Assembly: GCF_006345805.1 (NCBI RefSeq) | Contig: NC_043005.1 | Coordinates: 74,338,001 to 74,402,000 of the forward strand | Direction of reading: 5' to 3' | Origin: Octopus sinensis | Taxonomy: Eukaryota | Length of the DNA stretch: 64,000 bases | Shown here: piece by piece, positions 26,712 to 41,440 of the stretch | Layout: each line of letters opens with the position of its first letter | Position numbering within the stretch: position 1 is the first letter of the stretch | Notes under the pieces: generated by a model | What the model was told of the DNA's origin: nothing | Databases searched by the model: none | What the model saw: only the letters and a program-made list of their open reading frames with translations | Program-made: the position numbers and the translations under genes

Positions 26712-28577
26712 CCTTCTTGTCATTTCATTTGATTTTGTAGATTTATTTCTACGTATGTTTCACTTCTAGAAAACCATTGATTCGGTTTTTACGCAAAACT
26801 AGATTTCCGCTGTCTTATGTAAGCTTTTCTTCAAAATAGTCGCCATTTGAGAGAAGCAAGTCCATTGGGCTTACAGTTCTAATATTTTAGAAGTTCTGTC
26901 CTGTCCCTGTCTACGTATTTTACCCTCCAAGGACTCCACGTGATCGCTCAATCTGCCACTCATTCGCAAGCATATCTCTCATAAATTACTATAATGACTG
27001 AATAAAATAACACATTGAAGTGTTCTAAATTCATGTTTCAAAACGAGGCATTTATAAAATCCTTGACATCACATAAATTTCCTTAGTGCTTCATAATTCT
27101 ACACATACCTTAGTCATGTAGAGTAAACTGTTACATAAGTGTGTCACCATGTCACAGAGGTCCCTTATGAGATCAGCAAAATAGGAATAAGAAAAAAACA
27201 TATATATAAAGAAGTGCTTATTCAGATTTTCAGAATACTACAACTCTTCAATTCACACAAAAATATATCCTACTCGATCTAATTTGTCGTTTTTTATTCT
27301 TTCTTTCACAAGACTGACAAACGATAAAAAAGGCGTAAATACTATACGAAATTGTGACAATCAAAATATGTTATACTTTTGTGAATCTTTGATTTTACTG
27401 TTGCTTGATACAGTATCCCTTTCCTTGCGCAAAACTGCTGATGTCCGTAAAAGTACTATCAAAATAACCTATGTGTCTTCTATACAAATTTTATCTTTAT
27501 TTTTATCTTTGATTATTTTTTTCCTTTTTGTCGTTGCTTTCACTCGTTTATTTATTTATCATTTGTATTATTACTTTTTGTAAGTAAGAAGATAGATGTC
27601 GCCTGAAGTGTAATGGCTTTGTCTTCTCTTGTGTCATAAATTTAGCTTGAAATACAGACGACAAGCGTTGGGTGGGATATGGAAATATTTTCTTGTTGAA
27701 ACAAACTCATGATACCCGTGGTGAAAGCTGCATTGCCAATGAAGATCATGCAACTAATATTTCTAATAAACAAAGCAGATGTCTTGAAAAATTCCCCGTA
27801 TCATCATGAAGCATAAAAAGCCTCGTTTTCAAATATTCTGCTGTAGTTTTATTCTCGCAAACACTCTGTAGATGCTTTGCTTTGATTGTTCCTCAATGCT
27901 GAGTCTAAGGAACCAATGTTTTTTTTGTTTTTGTTGTTGTTGTGGTTGTTGATGTTGCTACTATCGTTGTTGTTGTTGTTGGTTTTCTTTTTTTAATTTT
28001 ACCGCCGCGGGAATAGGCGAAAAGGAAGATGGAAAGAAGAAGGAAACAGAGAGAGAGAGAGAGGCTGACAAGAAGAAAAAGATTGAGATGCTTAAAGACG
28101 AAGTGGTGTGGGAAAGCCAAGCACGAAATATATGTGATGAGTGTGAGAAAATAAGAGGAATGAGAAAGAGGGAGAGACAGAGAAATAGGAAGAGAGAGAG
28201 AGAGAGAGTGAGAGGGTGAAAGAGAGAAGGTAGAGCAAGGAAAAGGAATGAAATATTTATTGGGGTGTTGGGAGAAATTCAGAGAAGTTTATGTGTGAGA
28301 GAGAAAGACACTGAGAAAGGAGACAGAAGTTAGAACGAGACTGAAGTGGTATGGCTAGGTCAGCAATGTTTGAATGTGGAAAAGAAAGAAATAGTGTACG
28401 TGTGCGTATATGTATATGTATATATACATACATGTATGTGTGTGTGTGTGAAAGTGAAAGAGAGAGAAAGAGAGAAGGGACAGCGAGAGAGGTTGTAGAA
28501 ATAAAATGAGGAAAAAAAAACGGTTATATCTTGCTATTATATATACACAAGTTAGCTCAGCTATCTAAAATATTACA

Positions 28578-28743
28578 TAGGCGTTGGAGTGGCTGGTTGG
28601 TAAGTAGCTTGCTTACGAACCATATGGTTCCGGGTTCAGTCCCACTGCGTGGCACCTTGGGCAAGTGTCTTCTACTATCGCCTCGGGCCGCCCAAAGCCT
28701 TGTGAGTGGATTTGGTAGACGGAAACTGAAAGAAACCGTCGTA

Positions 28744-28826
<83 letters not shown>

Positions 28827-29090
28827 GTGTGTGTGTGTGTGTTTGTGTATGTATGTATGTATGTATGTATGTGTGTATACGTTTGTGTGTCTGTTTGTCC
28901 CCCCAACATCGCTTGACAACTGAAGCTGGTGTGTTTACGTCCCCGTAACTTAGCGGTTCGGCAAAAAAGACCCAATAGAATAAGTGCTAGGCTTACAAAG
29001 AACAAATCCTGGGGTCGATTTGCTCGACTAAAGACGGTGCTCCAGCATGGCCACGGTCAAATGACTGAAACAAGTAAAAGAGTAAAAGAG
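28578..29090 (+). mobile_element. SINE family A, full length
   Basis: taggcg head, central microsatellite and tandem gtaaaagag tail. Confidence 0.88.
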
Positions 29091-29119
29091 TATTGGTGTA
29101 AAGCATGGTGTGGCTTGAA

Positions 29120-29860
29120 TTTAAACAACAATCACAACAACAGCAACAACAAGAGCAAAAACAGCAAGAGCAACAACAGCAAGAGCAACAACAACAACAA
29201 CAACAGCTAGATCAACAATAACAGCAAAGACAACTGTAATAGCAGCACTTCCATCATGACAAATGAGAAAAGAAGGGACAATAGGTTAAATGTAGAACTT
29301 AAAATAAAAATAACGATAAAATACAACAATGACTTTTATTTTCTGCTGGCCCTTTTCGTCAATAACTTCCCGCCTCCTAATCCTCCCTCCTCCTCCTTCT
29401 CTTCCTCATGATCCCCCTCCTCATGATCCTCCTCCTCCTCCTCCTCCTCCTCATGATCGTCATCGTCATCACCATTATCATCACCACCAGCACCACCACC
29501 GCCATCAACATCGTTATAATGATGATGATGACGATGGTGAGATAGTCGTCAACATCAGAATCATCATTGTCATCGTCATCGTTATCATCAATCAACATTA
29601 ACATCAGCAACAGCAGCACTTGTAACAGTCATCGTCGCCATAGTCATCATCCTTGTCGTCATCATCGTCGTCGCCGTCGTCATCATCATCATCATCAACA
29701 ATATCATCGACATCCTCCTCCTCATAATCACCATCATCATCATCATCGTCGCCGTCGTCATCATCGTTGTCATTATCGTCATCATCATCGTCGTCGTCAT
29801 CACCATCATCATCAAAAATATCGTCAGCAATATCATTAACACCCCCCTCCTCATAATAAC
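29120..29860. repeat. Trinucleotide low-complexity block (CAA, CCT, CAT, CGT)
   Basis: Seen directly. Source of the poly-His/Met/Pro pseudo-ORFs. Confidence 0.9.
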
Positions 29861-29870
29861 CATCGACGTC

Positions 29871-30272
29871 AAGAGTCTTCTACTAAAGCCTCGGGTCGAC
29901 CAGAGCCTTGTGAGTGGATTTGGTAGACGGAAACTGAAAGAAGCCTGTCGTATATATGTATATGTATATATATGTATGTGTGTGTGTGTTTGTGTGTCTG
30001 TGTTTGTCCCCCCTCCATATCGCTTGACAACCGATGCTGGTGTGTTTACGTCCTCGTAACTTATCGGTTCGGCAAAATAGACCGATGGAATAAGTACTAG
30101 GTTTACAAAGAATAAGTCCTGGGTTCGATTTGCTCGACTAAAGGCGTTGCTCCAGCATGGACGCAGTCAAATGACTGAAACAAATAAAAGAGTAAATGCC
30201 CAGTCTGGGAATCGAAACCGCGTTCTTACAACCACGAGTCCGCTGCCCTAACCACTGGGCCATTGCGAATCC
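29871..30272. mobile_element. 5'-truncated SINE A (+, 29871-30196) abutting an inverted SINE C head (-, 30197-30272)
   Basis: Homology to other copies of each family. Confidence 0.8.
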
Positions 30273-30750
30273 ACTCTCCTTGCTGTTGTTGCCGTCGATG
30301 TCGTCTTCTTCAATAGTTTCATCTAATTCACAGGCGGAGTCTTCATTATTAACATCAAAGATATAGAAAAACGACCCAAAATAAACACAAAACAAACCGA
30401 CATTGTTTAATGCACTGACCCCTTTTACGTCGGTTTCATTTTTGTTGTTGTTGTTGTTATTGTCATTTAGCACTTGATTAACTTCAGTCAAACAGACCCA
30501 GAATCAAAAACCGTTCTAGCAGTGACTCTCTTTTCTTTTTTTTTTCTTTCCTTTCCTTTCATGCAACTAAATAGGACTTCATTTTCTAATCTGTATTTTC
30601 CTTACGAAAATAGCTTGTCTTGAGTCGCTTGCGTTGAGATTCCGTCGCAGTTTAAGTCAGCTTGCTTTACTCCTTCAAAGGATCGGTAGGTATTTTTTTT
30701 TCTAGTACAGTTGGGCGATTTAAAATTTTCTTTTAAATATATATTGTATG

Positions 30751-31380
30751 TAAGGCGGTGAGCTGGCAGAAACGTTACGTTCTGAGTTCAAATTCCGCCG
30801 AGGTCGACTTCGCCTTTCATCTTTTCAGGGTCGATTAAATAAGTACCAGTTAAGCACTAGGGTCGATGTAATCGACTTAATCCGTGTGTCTGTCCTTGTT
30901 TGTCCCCTCTGTGTTTAGCCCCTTGTGGGTTGTAAAGAAATAGGTATTTCGTCTGCCGCTACGTTCTGAGTTCAAATTCCGCCGAGGTCGACTTTGCCTT
31001 TCATCCTTTCGGGGTTGATAAATTAAGTACCTATTTCTTTACTACCCACAAGGAGCTAAACACAGAGAGGACAAACAAGGACAGACAAACGGATTAAGTC
31101 GATTATATCGACCCCAGTGCGTAACTGGTACTTATTTAATCGACCCCGAAAGGATGAAAGGCAAAGTTGACCTCGGTGGAATTTGAACTCAGAACGTTAC
31201 GGCAGACGAAATACCGCTAAGAATTTCGCCCTGCGTGCAAACATTTCTGCCAGCACTGGAGTCGATGTAATCGACTTAATCCGTTTGTCTGTCCTTGTTT
31301 GTTCCCTCTATGTTTAGCCCCTTGTGGGCAATAAAGAAATGAACGTTAGCACGTCGGAAAAAATGCTTAACGGCATTATT
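30751..31380. mobile_element. Nested SINE family B array with an inverted internal copy (31031-31253)
   Basis: Forward units are interrupted at taagtac| by a reverse long-tail copy and resume at actggagtcgatg. Confidence 0.85.
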
Positions 31381-32055
31381 TCATCGCATAAATCGATCCC
31401 AGTACTATTTTAAAAATGTTTTTGTTTCCAAAGCTCGGCACTTATTCTATCGGTCTTTTCTGCTGAACCGCTAGCTTACAGGGGCATCAACACACCAATA
31501 CCAGTAGTCAAATTTGACCGGGGTCGACTTTGCCTTTTAGCCTTTCGGTGTTCGATAAAATCAGTACCAGTTAAATAAAGTCCCTGCGCTCGTTGTCATA
31601 GACTATTCTCCTTCCGCAAAGTCTCGGGCCTTCCCTCTGTAGCAGAAAGAAATATAAATCGTACGTGATGCCACAAAAACGCATGCAAATCACACGTGAC
31701 AAGTATTTAATTATTTATTTATTTATTTACTCATTAATTCATACATTTATTTATTTACTTATTTGTGAGGGGCATGACGTAGAATGCACTTGAATGTGAA
31801 GCAAAAGTGAACATGCTAGCAAATTGTAGTCATCGCATTAGACCTTAGCCTTGTAAACAGCTCCGGTTTCATTCAAAGCCCACTTCACTTCTTCTCTACT
31901 TATATATCTCCCGCTTTCACTCTTACTATTACCCACAAACTACTATTCTCCTGATCAGTGCCTTCTGTTTGCGCCTACCTTATTCCTCTACCTTTTCTGT
32001 GTTCTACCCAGCCCTTCTTATCCCATTCTCTGTTTCACATTATCTGTCTTTGTGT

Positions 32056-32058
<3 letters not shown>

Positions 32059-32129
<71 letters not shown>

Positions 32130-32227
32130 TCTATTTCTCTCTCCTCCACCTATCTGTTACTTCCCTAATTATCTGTTCTCTTTTTAATCACCGCTCTGTC
32201 AGTCATTTTGGTTTTGTTCAACTATAA

Positions 32228-32258
<31 letters not shown>

Positions 32259-32408
32259 TGTATGTATGTATGTATGTATGTATGTATGTATGTATGTATG
32301 TATGTATGTATACGTATGTATGTATGTATGTATGCATGCATGTATGTATGTATGTATGTATGTATGTATGTATACGTATGTATGTATGTATGTATATATG
32401 TATGTATG

Positions 32409-32459
<51 letters not shown>

Positions 32460-32472
32460 GTCTATCTATCTA
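32059..32472. repeat. (CA)n, (TATG)n and (TATC)n arrays
   Basis: Seen directly. Confidence 0.95.
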
Positions 32473-32924
32473 TCACCCTGTCTATATTTTTTCTGATATT
32501 TGTCTGCCCACACCCGCCAGTTGTTTTCTCTTCCCTACATTCCAGTGTCAAGTCTCTAACATTCTCCTTTAATACAATATCAGTCTCCCATCACCATAAT
32601 TTTGATATACTTTTTTTATACTGTTTAATTATTTCTCTTTATCAAAAAAGTTGAATGGATGTCAATGATGCACTCGTCAGCGTGCATTGATGTAGGTAAT
32701 TTCGTTTCATAGACGTCCAATACATTGTCTCTCTCAAGTCTGATAACTAAAGATAAATACCAATCCAATAAACGTAGGAATGACTCTATGGTTAAGACGG
32801 TCGGTTTACAAGAATGTGATTTCAGTTTCAGTTTCAGTCCCATAATGCGACATCTGCCATAGCCCCGAGGCGTACGACACCATGTGAGTGAATTTGGTAG
32901 ACGGGAGCTGTGTGGAAGCTCATC

Positions 32925-32955
<31 letters not shown>

Positions 32956-33358
32956 CAAGCAAGAATATTGTTGACAGTGACTTCGAAGTTTTGGGCAGCT
33001 AATTGTCGGACAGATTACAACAAAATTGTTTTTATTATAATAGAACATAAAACACACGTGCACGCGCGCACACTCACACACACATGTATATATATATATA
33101 TTAGTAATTAATAAGAGATCTCACTAAACATTTGCCGGTTAGGTATTCTAAATAGGTAAACCCAGTAATAATTCTTATATGATAAGAATTCAGAGATATA
33201 TTCCGTATAATTATTCCTCCAAATATATTATCGTTAACCATATTGGTTTCCTGGAGTATGTAATATCAATAATAATAATAATAATAATAATAATAGTTAT
33301 GATGAAGTAGAATTAGCATTACTTTTAATTCATATTTATCCATAAATACAGCCTCAAA

Positions 33359-33448
33359 TGAACCTACATGTGTTTCGACTGCATTGGTTAGTAACCGTTG
33401 CCGTTGCAACTTCACTGTAATGCCGATGCAGTTTCTTCGGGGTCTTCA
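33359..33448 (-). ncRNA. Degenerate Type I hammerhead at the 3' end of a Penelope-like element
   Basis: Minus strand: UGAAGACC CCGAAGA AACUGCAUCGG..CCAAUGCAGUC GAAAC acau GUA GGUUCA. Carries U4C and G10.1A changes. It lies ~200 bp downstream of the GIY-YIG remnant on the same strand. Confidence 0.65.
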
Positions 33449-33649
33449 CTTTAATATCCTTTGAAATATAACTGGTTAAAGTTTTATGTATGTTGATTTT
33501 TTGTGTTCAATGAAGTGGAGTTGTATGTTAATTTAGACGCAAGCTATTTTCAATTCCAAGTATTGATCGGATAATCACTCGTTTATTTCTTATAGTCAGT
33601 TATTCCAAAATATTCCGTTGTTTAAATATGTATAACTCGTTTATTTTAC

Positions 33650-34490
33650 ATTGAGCGAAGGTAAAGTTTTGTCATATGCAAGAGTTTTAAAGCTTGTTCT
33701 TGTCTAGAATTTATTATATTAACCGCTGATGTAAAAATTTGGTAAAATTCTTCTATACACAGGTCACATTTTTTAGTTTCTGGTATGTAAGGATTTGCAG
33801 TACTAATTAATTCCCAGTTAATAATACAATTTTTGTTTCTGTCGTGAATAGACCAGATTAATCTACTTAAACTTGTTTGGAATTTATTATTTTTAAATTC
33901 TAAATGAATTTAAGTGATTAGCCAGTCTTCATTTGAAAACTAGTGCATTTACACTGATGTAAAAGTATTCATTTCCCTCAGATGTAACTTTACATCTATA
34001 TATTACATTTTTAGTTTTATATTTATTTTTAACAGAACAGGAGTCCTGTTGCGAGCAATTGCAATTGCAGAGATAATTTTTTTTCCTATTTCTCCCAGAT
34101 TTCATATTAATTTGATCATTCGTGATATAAACAAGTTCGTTTTTACTAAGTTCTTTATTACTATTTACTCTTTCACATAATGTTACATTTTTAACGGAAT
34201 TTTTATTCGATTCTACGTTATTAATCAAATTAAACTGGTTTGTTTCCCTTTTCACAACTGTTAAACGCATAACACTTTCTTGCATTTGAGTTCTTTTCCT
34301 TTCAGTTTGATATTCTGAATATTTACTTTGTCACTCTGATTAGAATAGCTTTCTTGAATTATCGATATTATTTTTTCGTTATGAGTTGCTATTATTAGTG
34401 CAGTGTTTATAGTATTAGAATAATTCAAACAGATCTTGTATTTCTTAAAAATTCTATGATATCTATGGTTTTTAGGAAAATATCATTCTA
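33650..34490 (-). pseudogene. Penelope-like retroelement C-terminus with GIY-YIG endonuclease, frameshifted
   Basis: Minus-strand translation gives FPKNHRYHRIFKKYKICLNYSNTINTALIIATHNEKI, CNCNCSQQDSC..KTKNVIYRCKV..YFYIS, FK*RLANHLNSF and WELISTANPYIPETKKCDLCIEE, typical of PLE linker and GIY-YIG regions. Confidence 0.85.
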
Positions 34491-35854
34491 TAAACTACAG
34501 TAGCATCGTCCCCTATGGGTCAGCCACAATTAGGTGGCAAATATACTTCACGATGTTTTGCTGCTACTACTTATATCACGCTCAGAGATTTATTATTGCT
34601 TATATATATTCTGTTATTCTTTTATTCTTTTTCTTGTTTCAGTCATTTGACTGCAACCATGCTGGAGCACCGCATTTATATATTCAAATAAATAACAAAC
34701 GATGGATAAGTGACACTTCATTACAGCTGTTTCCAACGAAAATTTTTAATAGATTAGTGAGTACATTACATCAAAACGAAAACACCGCTTTCTGCAGATG
34801 ATATATGACATTTGAAACAGCATAAGACCAATACATGACCACTGTGGGCGAACCAAGGCTTATTCTACCCAAGGCTGGCTTGGAATGAGAAAAACAAGCA
34901 ATGTTAGGATGACAATTAAGAGGTTACTTAGTGAGTAGGGCGTACAAAAGATTTATAACTTCCAGGGCAGTTAGTGAGCATGTTAGGAGTGGGAGAGAGA
35001 CTAAAGAGCCAGACAGTCTACTTCGTTATCACAACCTGTAAGATAATGTTTGAGTTAATTCTATATGTATCTCCTTGCTATTCATTTTATTTTACTCCAT
35101 CTTTATTACACTAGGATTTGAGATGGGGATAGAGGCGCAAGAACTGAAATTAAGATAAAGGATACTTAAGGCAATTGAGTATTCAATATGAGTGCAACAT
35201 AAGCTTATTTAAAATGAAAGAGAAGAGAAGGAGAAAGAACGTATGAGTTTATAACGGGTTATAACGGGAGATGGTGAATATAACGAGAGTGGGAGATAAT
35301 ATTACTTAAATGCTATATGTGAGATTGTATAAATTATGAAAATATAGATATGGAAGCAAAAATAATTTATCAAATACCGTACGGCCAATAAAATGTACGC
35401 TTTTGGATTAGCCCATAGGCTATTAAAGCACTCATACGGGTTAAATTTTCGGTATACATAACCTGAATTTTTATACTTCGGTGCTTTTAATATTATACTC
35501 GACTAGAGGTACTTTTTTACAAGTTAGTTTGACCCAACCTGGTGCCTATCATTTAAGTACCTGACTCACTCGAATACTTAATATTGCATAATAATGTATG
35601 TGTGTGTGTGAATATGGTTTCCTTGTTTCAGTCATTAGAGAGCGGCCATAGTGGAGCACCGCCTCGGAGAAGTTTACTCGAACAAATCGACGCCTCTATT
35701 GGTTTTTTTAAGCGTGGTATTTGTTCTATCATTCTGTTTTGCCGAACCGTAAAGTTACGTAAACGTAAGGACATCAATACCAGTTTCCAAGCGGTGGCGA
35801 AGGACAAAGACACATATACACGGTCACACGCACGTACACAAACACACACACACA

Positions 35855-35902
<48 letters not shown>

Positions 35903-35906
35903 CATA

Positions 35907-36139
35907 AGGCGACGAGCTGGTAGAAACGTTAGCGCGTTGGGCGAAATACGTAGCCGTATTTCGTCTGCCGCTACGTTCTGAGTTCAAATTCCGCTGAGGT
36001 CGACTTTGCCTTTCATCCTTTCGGGGTCGATAAATTAAGTACCAGTTTCGCACTGGGGTCGATGTAATCGACTTAATCCCTTTGTCTGTCCTTGTTTGTC
36101 CCCATCTATGTTTAGCCCCTTGTGGGTAGTAAAGAAATA
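35907..36139 (+). mobile_element. SINE family B, full-length long-tail copy
   Basis: aaggcgacgagctggtagaaacgttag..gagttcaaattcc..gtagtaaagaaata. Confidence 0.9.
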
Positions 36140-36177
36140 CACATATATATATACATACATATATGCATAAACACACA

Positions 36178-36362
36178 TATCCATGATTGAGGAAAGGAAG
36201 AAAATGGAGGAAATGACATGAAAGCATCACTTTAATCAAACATACTAAAATTCATATAATGAAATTCAAGTCCAATTTCATTATATGGATTTGAATATCT
36301 TTGAATACAATGATGTCTGCATGTCAATTTCTCCATTTTCTTCCTTTCCCCATTCATAAATA
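36178..36362. repeat. ~185-bp foldback palindrome with a 7-nt loop
   Basis: Perfect inner 14-bp arms catataatgaaatt/aatttcattatatg around caagtcc. The outer arms (ggaaaggaagaaaatggag / ctccattttcttcctttcc) also pair. Confidence 0.85.
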
Positions 36363-36391
36363 TTTTAAATACCTATATGTATGTGTATATG

Positions 36392-36423
<32 letters not shown>

Positions 36424-36769
36424 TGTATGTATGTATGTATGTATGTATTATGTATGTGTATATGTGTATGTATGTATGTATGTATGTATGTATGTATGTA
36501 TGTATGTATGTGTATATATACCTGTATATCCACCTATCTATTTGTCTACATATAGATATACATACACACACACACACGACGGGTTTCTGTTAGTTTCCGT
36601 CTACCAAATCATCTCACAAGTCTTTGGTCGGCCCGAGGCTATAGTAGGGTGCACTTGCCCAAGTTACCATGTAGTGGGACTAAACCCGAAACCATGTGGA
36701 TAGAAGGCGAATCTTAATCCACCCTCCACACATACACGTATTTACATTCAAACACACATACATATTATT

Positions 36770-38746
<1,977 letters not shown>

Positions 38747-39479
38747 TGATGGAAACGTATAGTTATGCACCTACGTACGGCAAACGCGAATGTATTTCTA
38801 TATCATTAGACCGTGTAGTGGGAAGTTCTCGTGAACTATTGATTAACGTGCAAACACAGCTATTTGTTCTAATAAGCGGTTCGCAACAAACTAATGGAAA
38901 AGAACACAAATCCCTCTACAACATATGCTGCACTATTGTTATGTAATGCATTCTTTGAATTATATCTTTAATCTTAGTTAACACTATACCGTATTTAATG
39001 ATATCTGTGGAATCGAATTTGTGTTTTTTTTTTTTTAAACTGAATCGATAGTCATGTAGTTAAGAAGTTTCCTTCACAACTGGATAGTTCCAAGTTCTTT
39101 CCCATTGAGTGATGCAATAGGTAAGTGTCATCTAAGATCATATTAGATTGACCAGTGTCTTAAAAGTGAAACTTGGTTTCCAGAAATTGTCGCAGGACTC
39201 CATTTTATGTATACGTAAGTGTATTAAATAACGGTATAAGCATGCTTTAAATGACTGATCATTCTGTACGTCAAACGAATAAAATGTAACTTGTGTCGTT
39301 TATTTCGTAGAGTTATGACATTTTACGACAAGACAGACTTAACCATTCCGTTAGATAAGTACCATACAAAGAACTGGATTATCATAATCAGCTAAAGTTC
39401 CTGGGTGCAGTGTTTTAGTATGAATGCAGATTTCAATAACAAACTCGTTACCAAGTTTCGCAGATATGAGATGTTACCG

Positions 39480-39715
39480 TAAGGTGCATAGAGCCGGTTT
39501 CCCGGTTTTTCTGGACTATATATTCCTCCACTAGAGGGTATCGGTTCATTGCAGTTTTACAAAGTTTTATCAGCTGAGTGGACTGGAGCAACATGAAATG
39601 AAATGTTTTGCTAAAAAAACACAACCCATCGCCCGGTCCATGAAACGAAACCACAATCTTGCGATCATAAGTCCAACAACCTAACCATGCAGCCAGCCGC
39701 TTACACAATACACTA
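39480..39715 (-). mobile_element. Old CORE-like SINE with tail type 2
   Basis: Sense strand ..aaaacatttcatttcatgttgctccagtccactcagctg.. resembles the CORE domain, followed by a ..aaaccgggaaaccggc tail. Confidence 0.55.
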
Positions 39716-40589
39716 TCATGTAGTTCCTAAATCTATTTGACTTTTCAACGTTAAAGATTCCACTCGTATTCTTGATTACACTGCCTTTTGTCTTTTTGAA
39801 CACAGAAGTGTTTGCATGCTGTTGTTAACTAACCACTAAGTCAACTATGATCGTGCTTAATCTATGGTCAAAGACGTTTCAAGCACGACTTGCCAACCTT
39901 TTATATATATATTTATTTTACATTTAGTATCCTTCATTATCGAAAAATCCATCATTTTCTTAATCCGTCAGTGAAATGAGGAAAAGTTTTAGCTCGCATC
40001 CTAATGCACAATTTTACGGATAGTCATACCAGGTCAGGAAAATCCTGCTACCGGTTACATGTAAGCCAGTATACCTTTTTCCTGGTCGGATGGTTGGCGA
40101 CTAAGCCGGCTGTCCTACCTGGCTTGCCACATGAGGAGAATGTCGTGCACAATTTGCAGGAATAGAAACAAAACCTGTCAAAGGACGGGTGAGTTTGTTA
40201 TGATCCAACGGCCATCCACACGTGCGGTGTCGTGGAGAAACATCCTGCACGTGGATTGGGAACCGTGCAGTTAGTCCAAGACTGTAGCCACGAAAGCTCC
40301 AATAAAAGACATATTGTGCTCTTAGGCTGGGATCAACACCCACCGGTGACGTAGTGTAGAGCAAAGGAAAAAAAACAGACACACGGGCACATAGATATGA
40401 TTTATACTTTGCCACTGATTCTATGTTTGCTTTCTGACTAAGTTTTACCAATATTTGCCTTTATCAAACTTGTTCTAATGACTTGTTCCTTTACGATTAC
40501 AAGTAGCGATTTGGTTTCTCCCTTCAGGTTTCCGTCCGTCAGCGAAAATCAATGGTCTCTATTTCCAGCATTCACGATTTGTCGCATGA

Positions 40590-40890
40590 ATTGGCAGTGT
40601 TACTCTTTGTTTTTCTGTTGGGGCATCTCGATTTAAGATGCCACATTTTTTTTGTATTTCGATTTCCAGGTCCTTATCTTTACTTAGTTTGTCAAATTTC
40701 GTGACAGATATATTTTCTACAGTCTACAAGTATTTTCTTCCCTGTCTTTAATAACTATGTCTGGTCAATTAGCCTGAATCGTTCTGTCAGTGTTGACTGG
40801 AAAATCCCAGAGGGTAGTGACATTTTTACCTTCAACGACTGGTTCAGGATGATGTTCATACCAAAATCAGCAGGAGAGCTGATTTTGTAG
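40590..40890 (-). pseudogene. R4/Dong-type REL fragment (copy 2)
   Basis: WYEHHPEPVVEGKNVTTLWDFPVNTDRTIQAN*PDIVIKD..KFDKLSKDKDLEIEIQKMWHLK. Confidence 0.8.
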
Positions 40891-40904
40891 AGTATTATCA
40901 TTAT

Positions 40905-41407
40905 TATGTTTTTTCCTTCTTTCTTCAAATTTTCTTCCGTTTCTCGTCGAGTGTTTTCCATACACCTAGGGCAGAGAAGCTCATTGTATGGATTCCCAGA
41001 TTACACGCGCAAATTCACAGATATAATATTTTTTGCACTACCTGTAGGGATGGTAAGCCTGGGATCATTTTCAAATAGGTTTCAGTACCATTTTTTTATC
41101 ATTCCTAGAGATCCTACAATAACTGGTACTGTAGTCGCCTTGAGATGCCACGTTTTTTCAATTTCTATTAGCAAGTCTTTATATTTACTAATCTTGTCAA
41201 ATTCTTTCGCCGCTATATTGTGATCGCAAAGAATACTCATGTCAATTAATAAACACATCTTTTTTGTTTCATCTTTTATAATAATATCCGGTTTATTAGC
41301 TTTTATAGTTTTGTCGGTCTGTACGGGGAAGTCCCATAGAATCGACACATTTTCTCCCTCAGTCACAGCTTCAATATGATGTTTATACCATTTGTCAGCG
41401 GTTTTGA

Positions 41408-41410
<3 letters not shown>
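40905..41410 (-). pseudogene. R4/Dong-type REL fragment (copy 1), flanked by (TAA)n
   Basis: KWYKHHIEAVTEGENVSILWDFPVQTDKTIKANKPDIIIKD..IDMSI..KEFDKISKYKDL..VPVIVGSLG (PD..D..K catalytic motif). Confidence 0.88.

Positions 41411-41440
<30 letters not shown>

Larger units (their letters stand above)
35619..36727 (-). mobile_element. SINE family A whose central spacer holds a SINE B copy, a foldback and (TATG)n
   Basis: 3' half at 35619-35830 and 5' half at 36575-36727, with the inserts between them. Confidence 0.75.

Noticed and set aside
29329-29872. Poly-His/Pro/Met ORFs as a real low-complexity protein
   Set aside because: All frames are explained by trinucleotide repeats, there are no splice signals, and the block is bounded by SINEs.
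32655-32715. Type II hammerhead around CUGACGA on minus
   Set aside because: The box sits in the loop of a simple AUGCAC/GUGCAU hairpin and the stems do not close a three-way junction.
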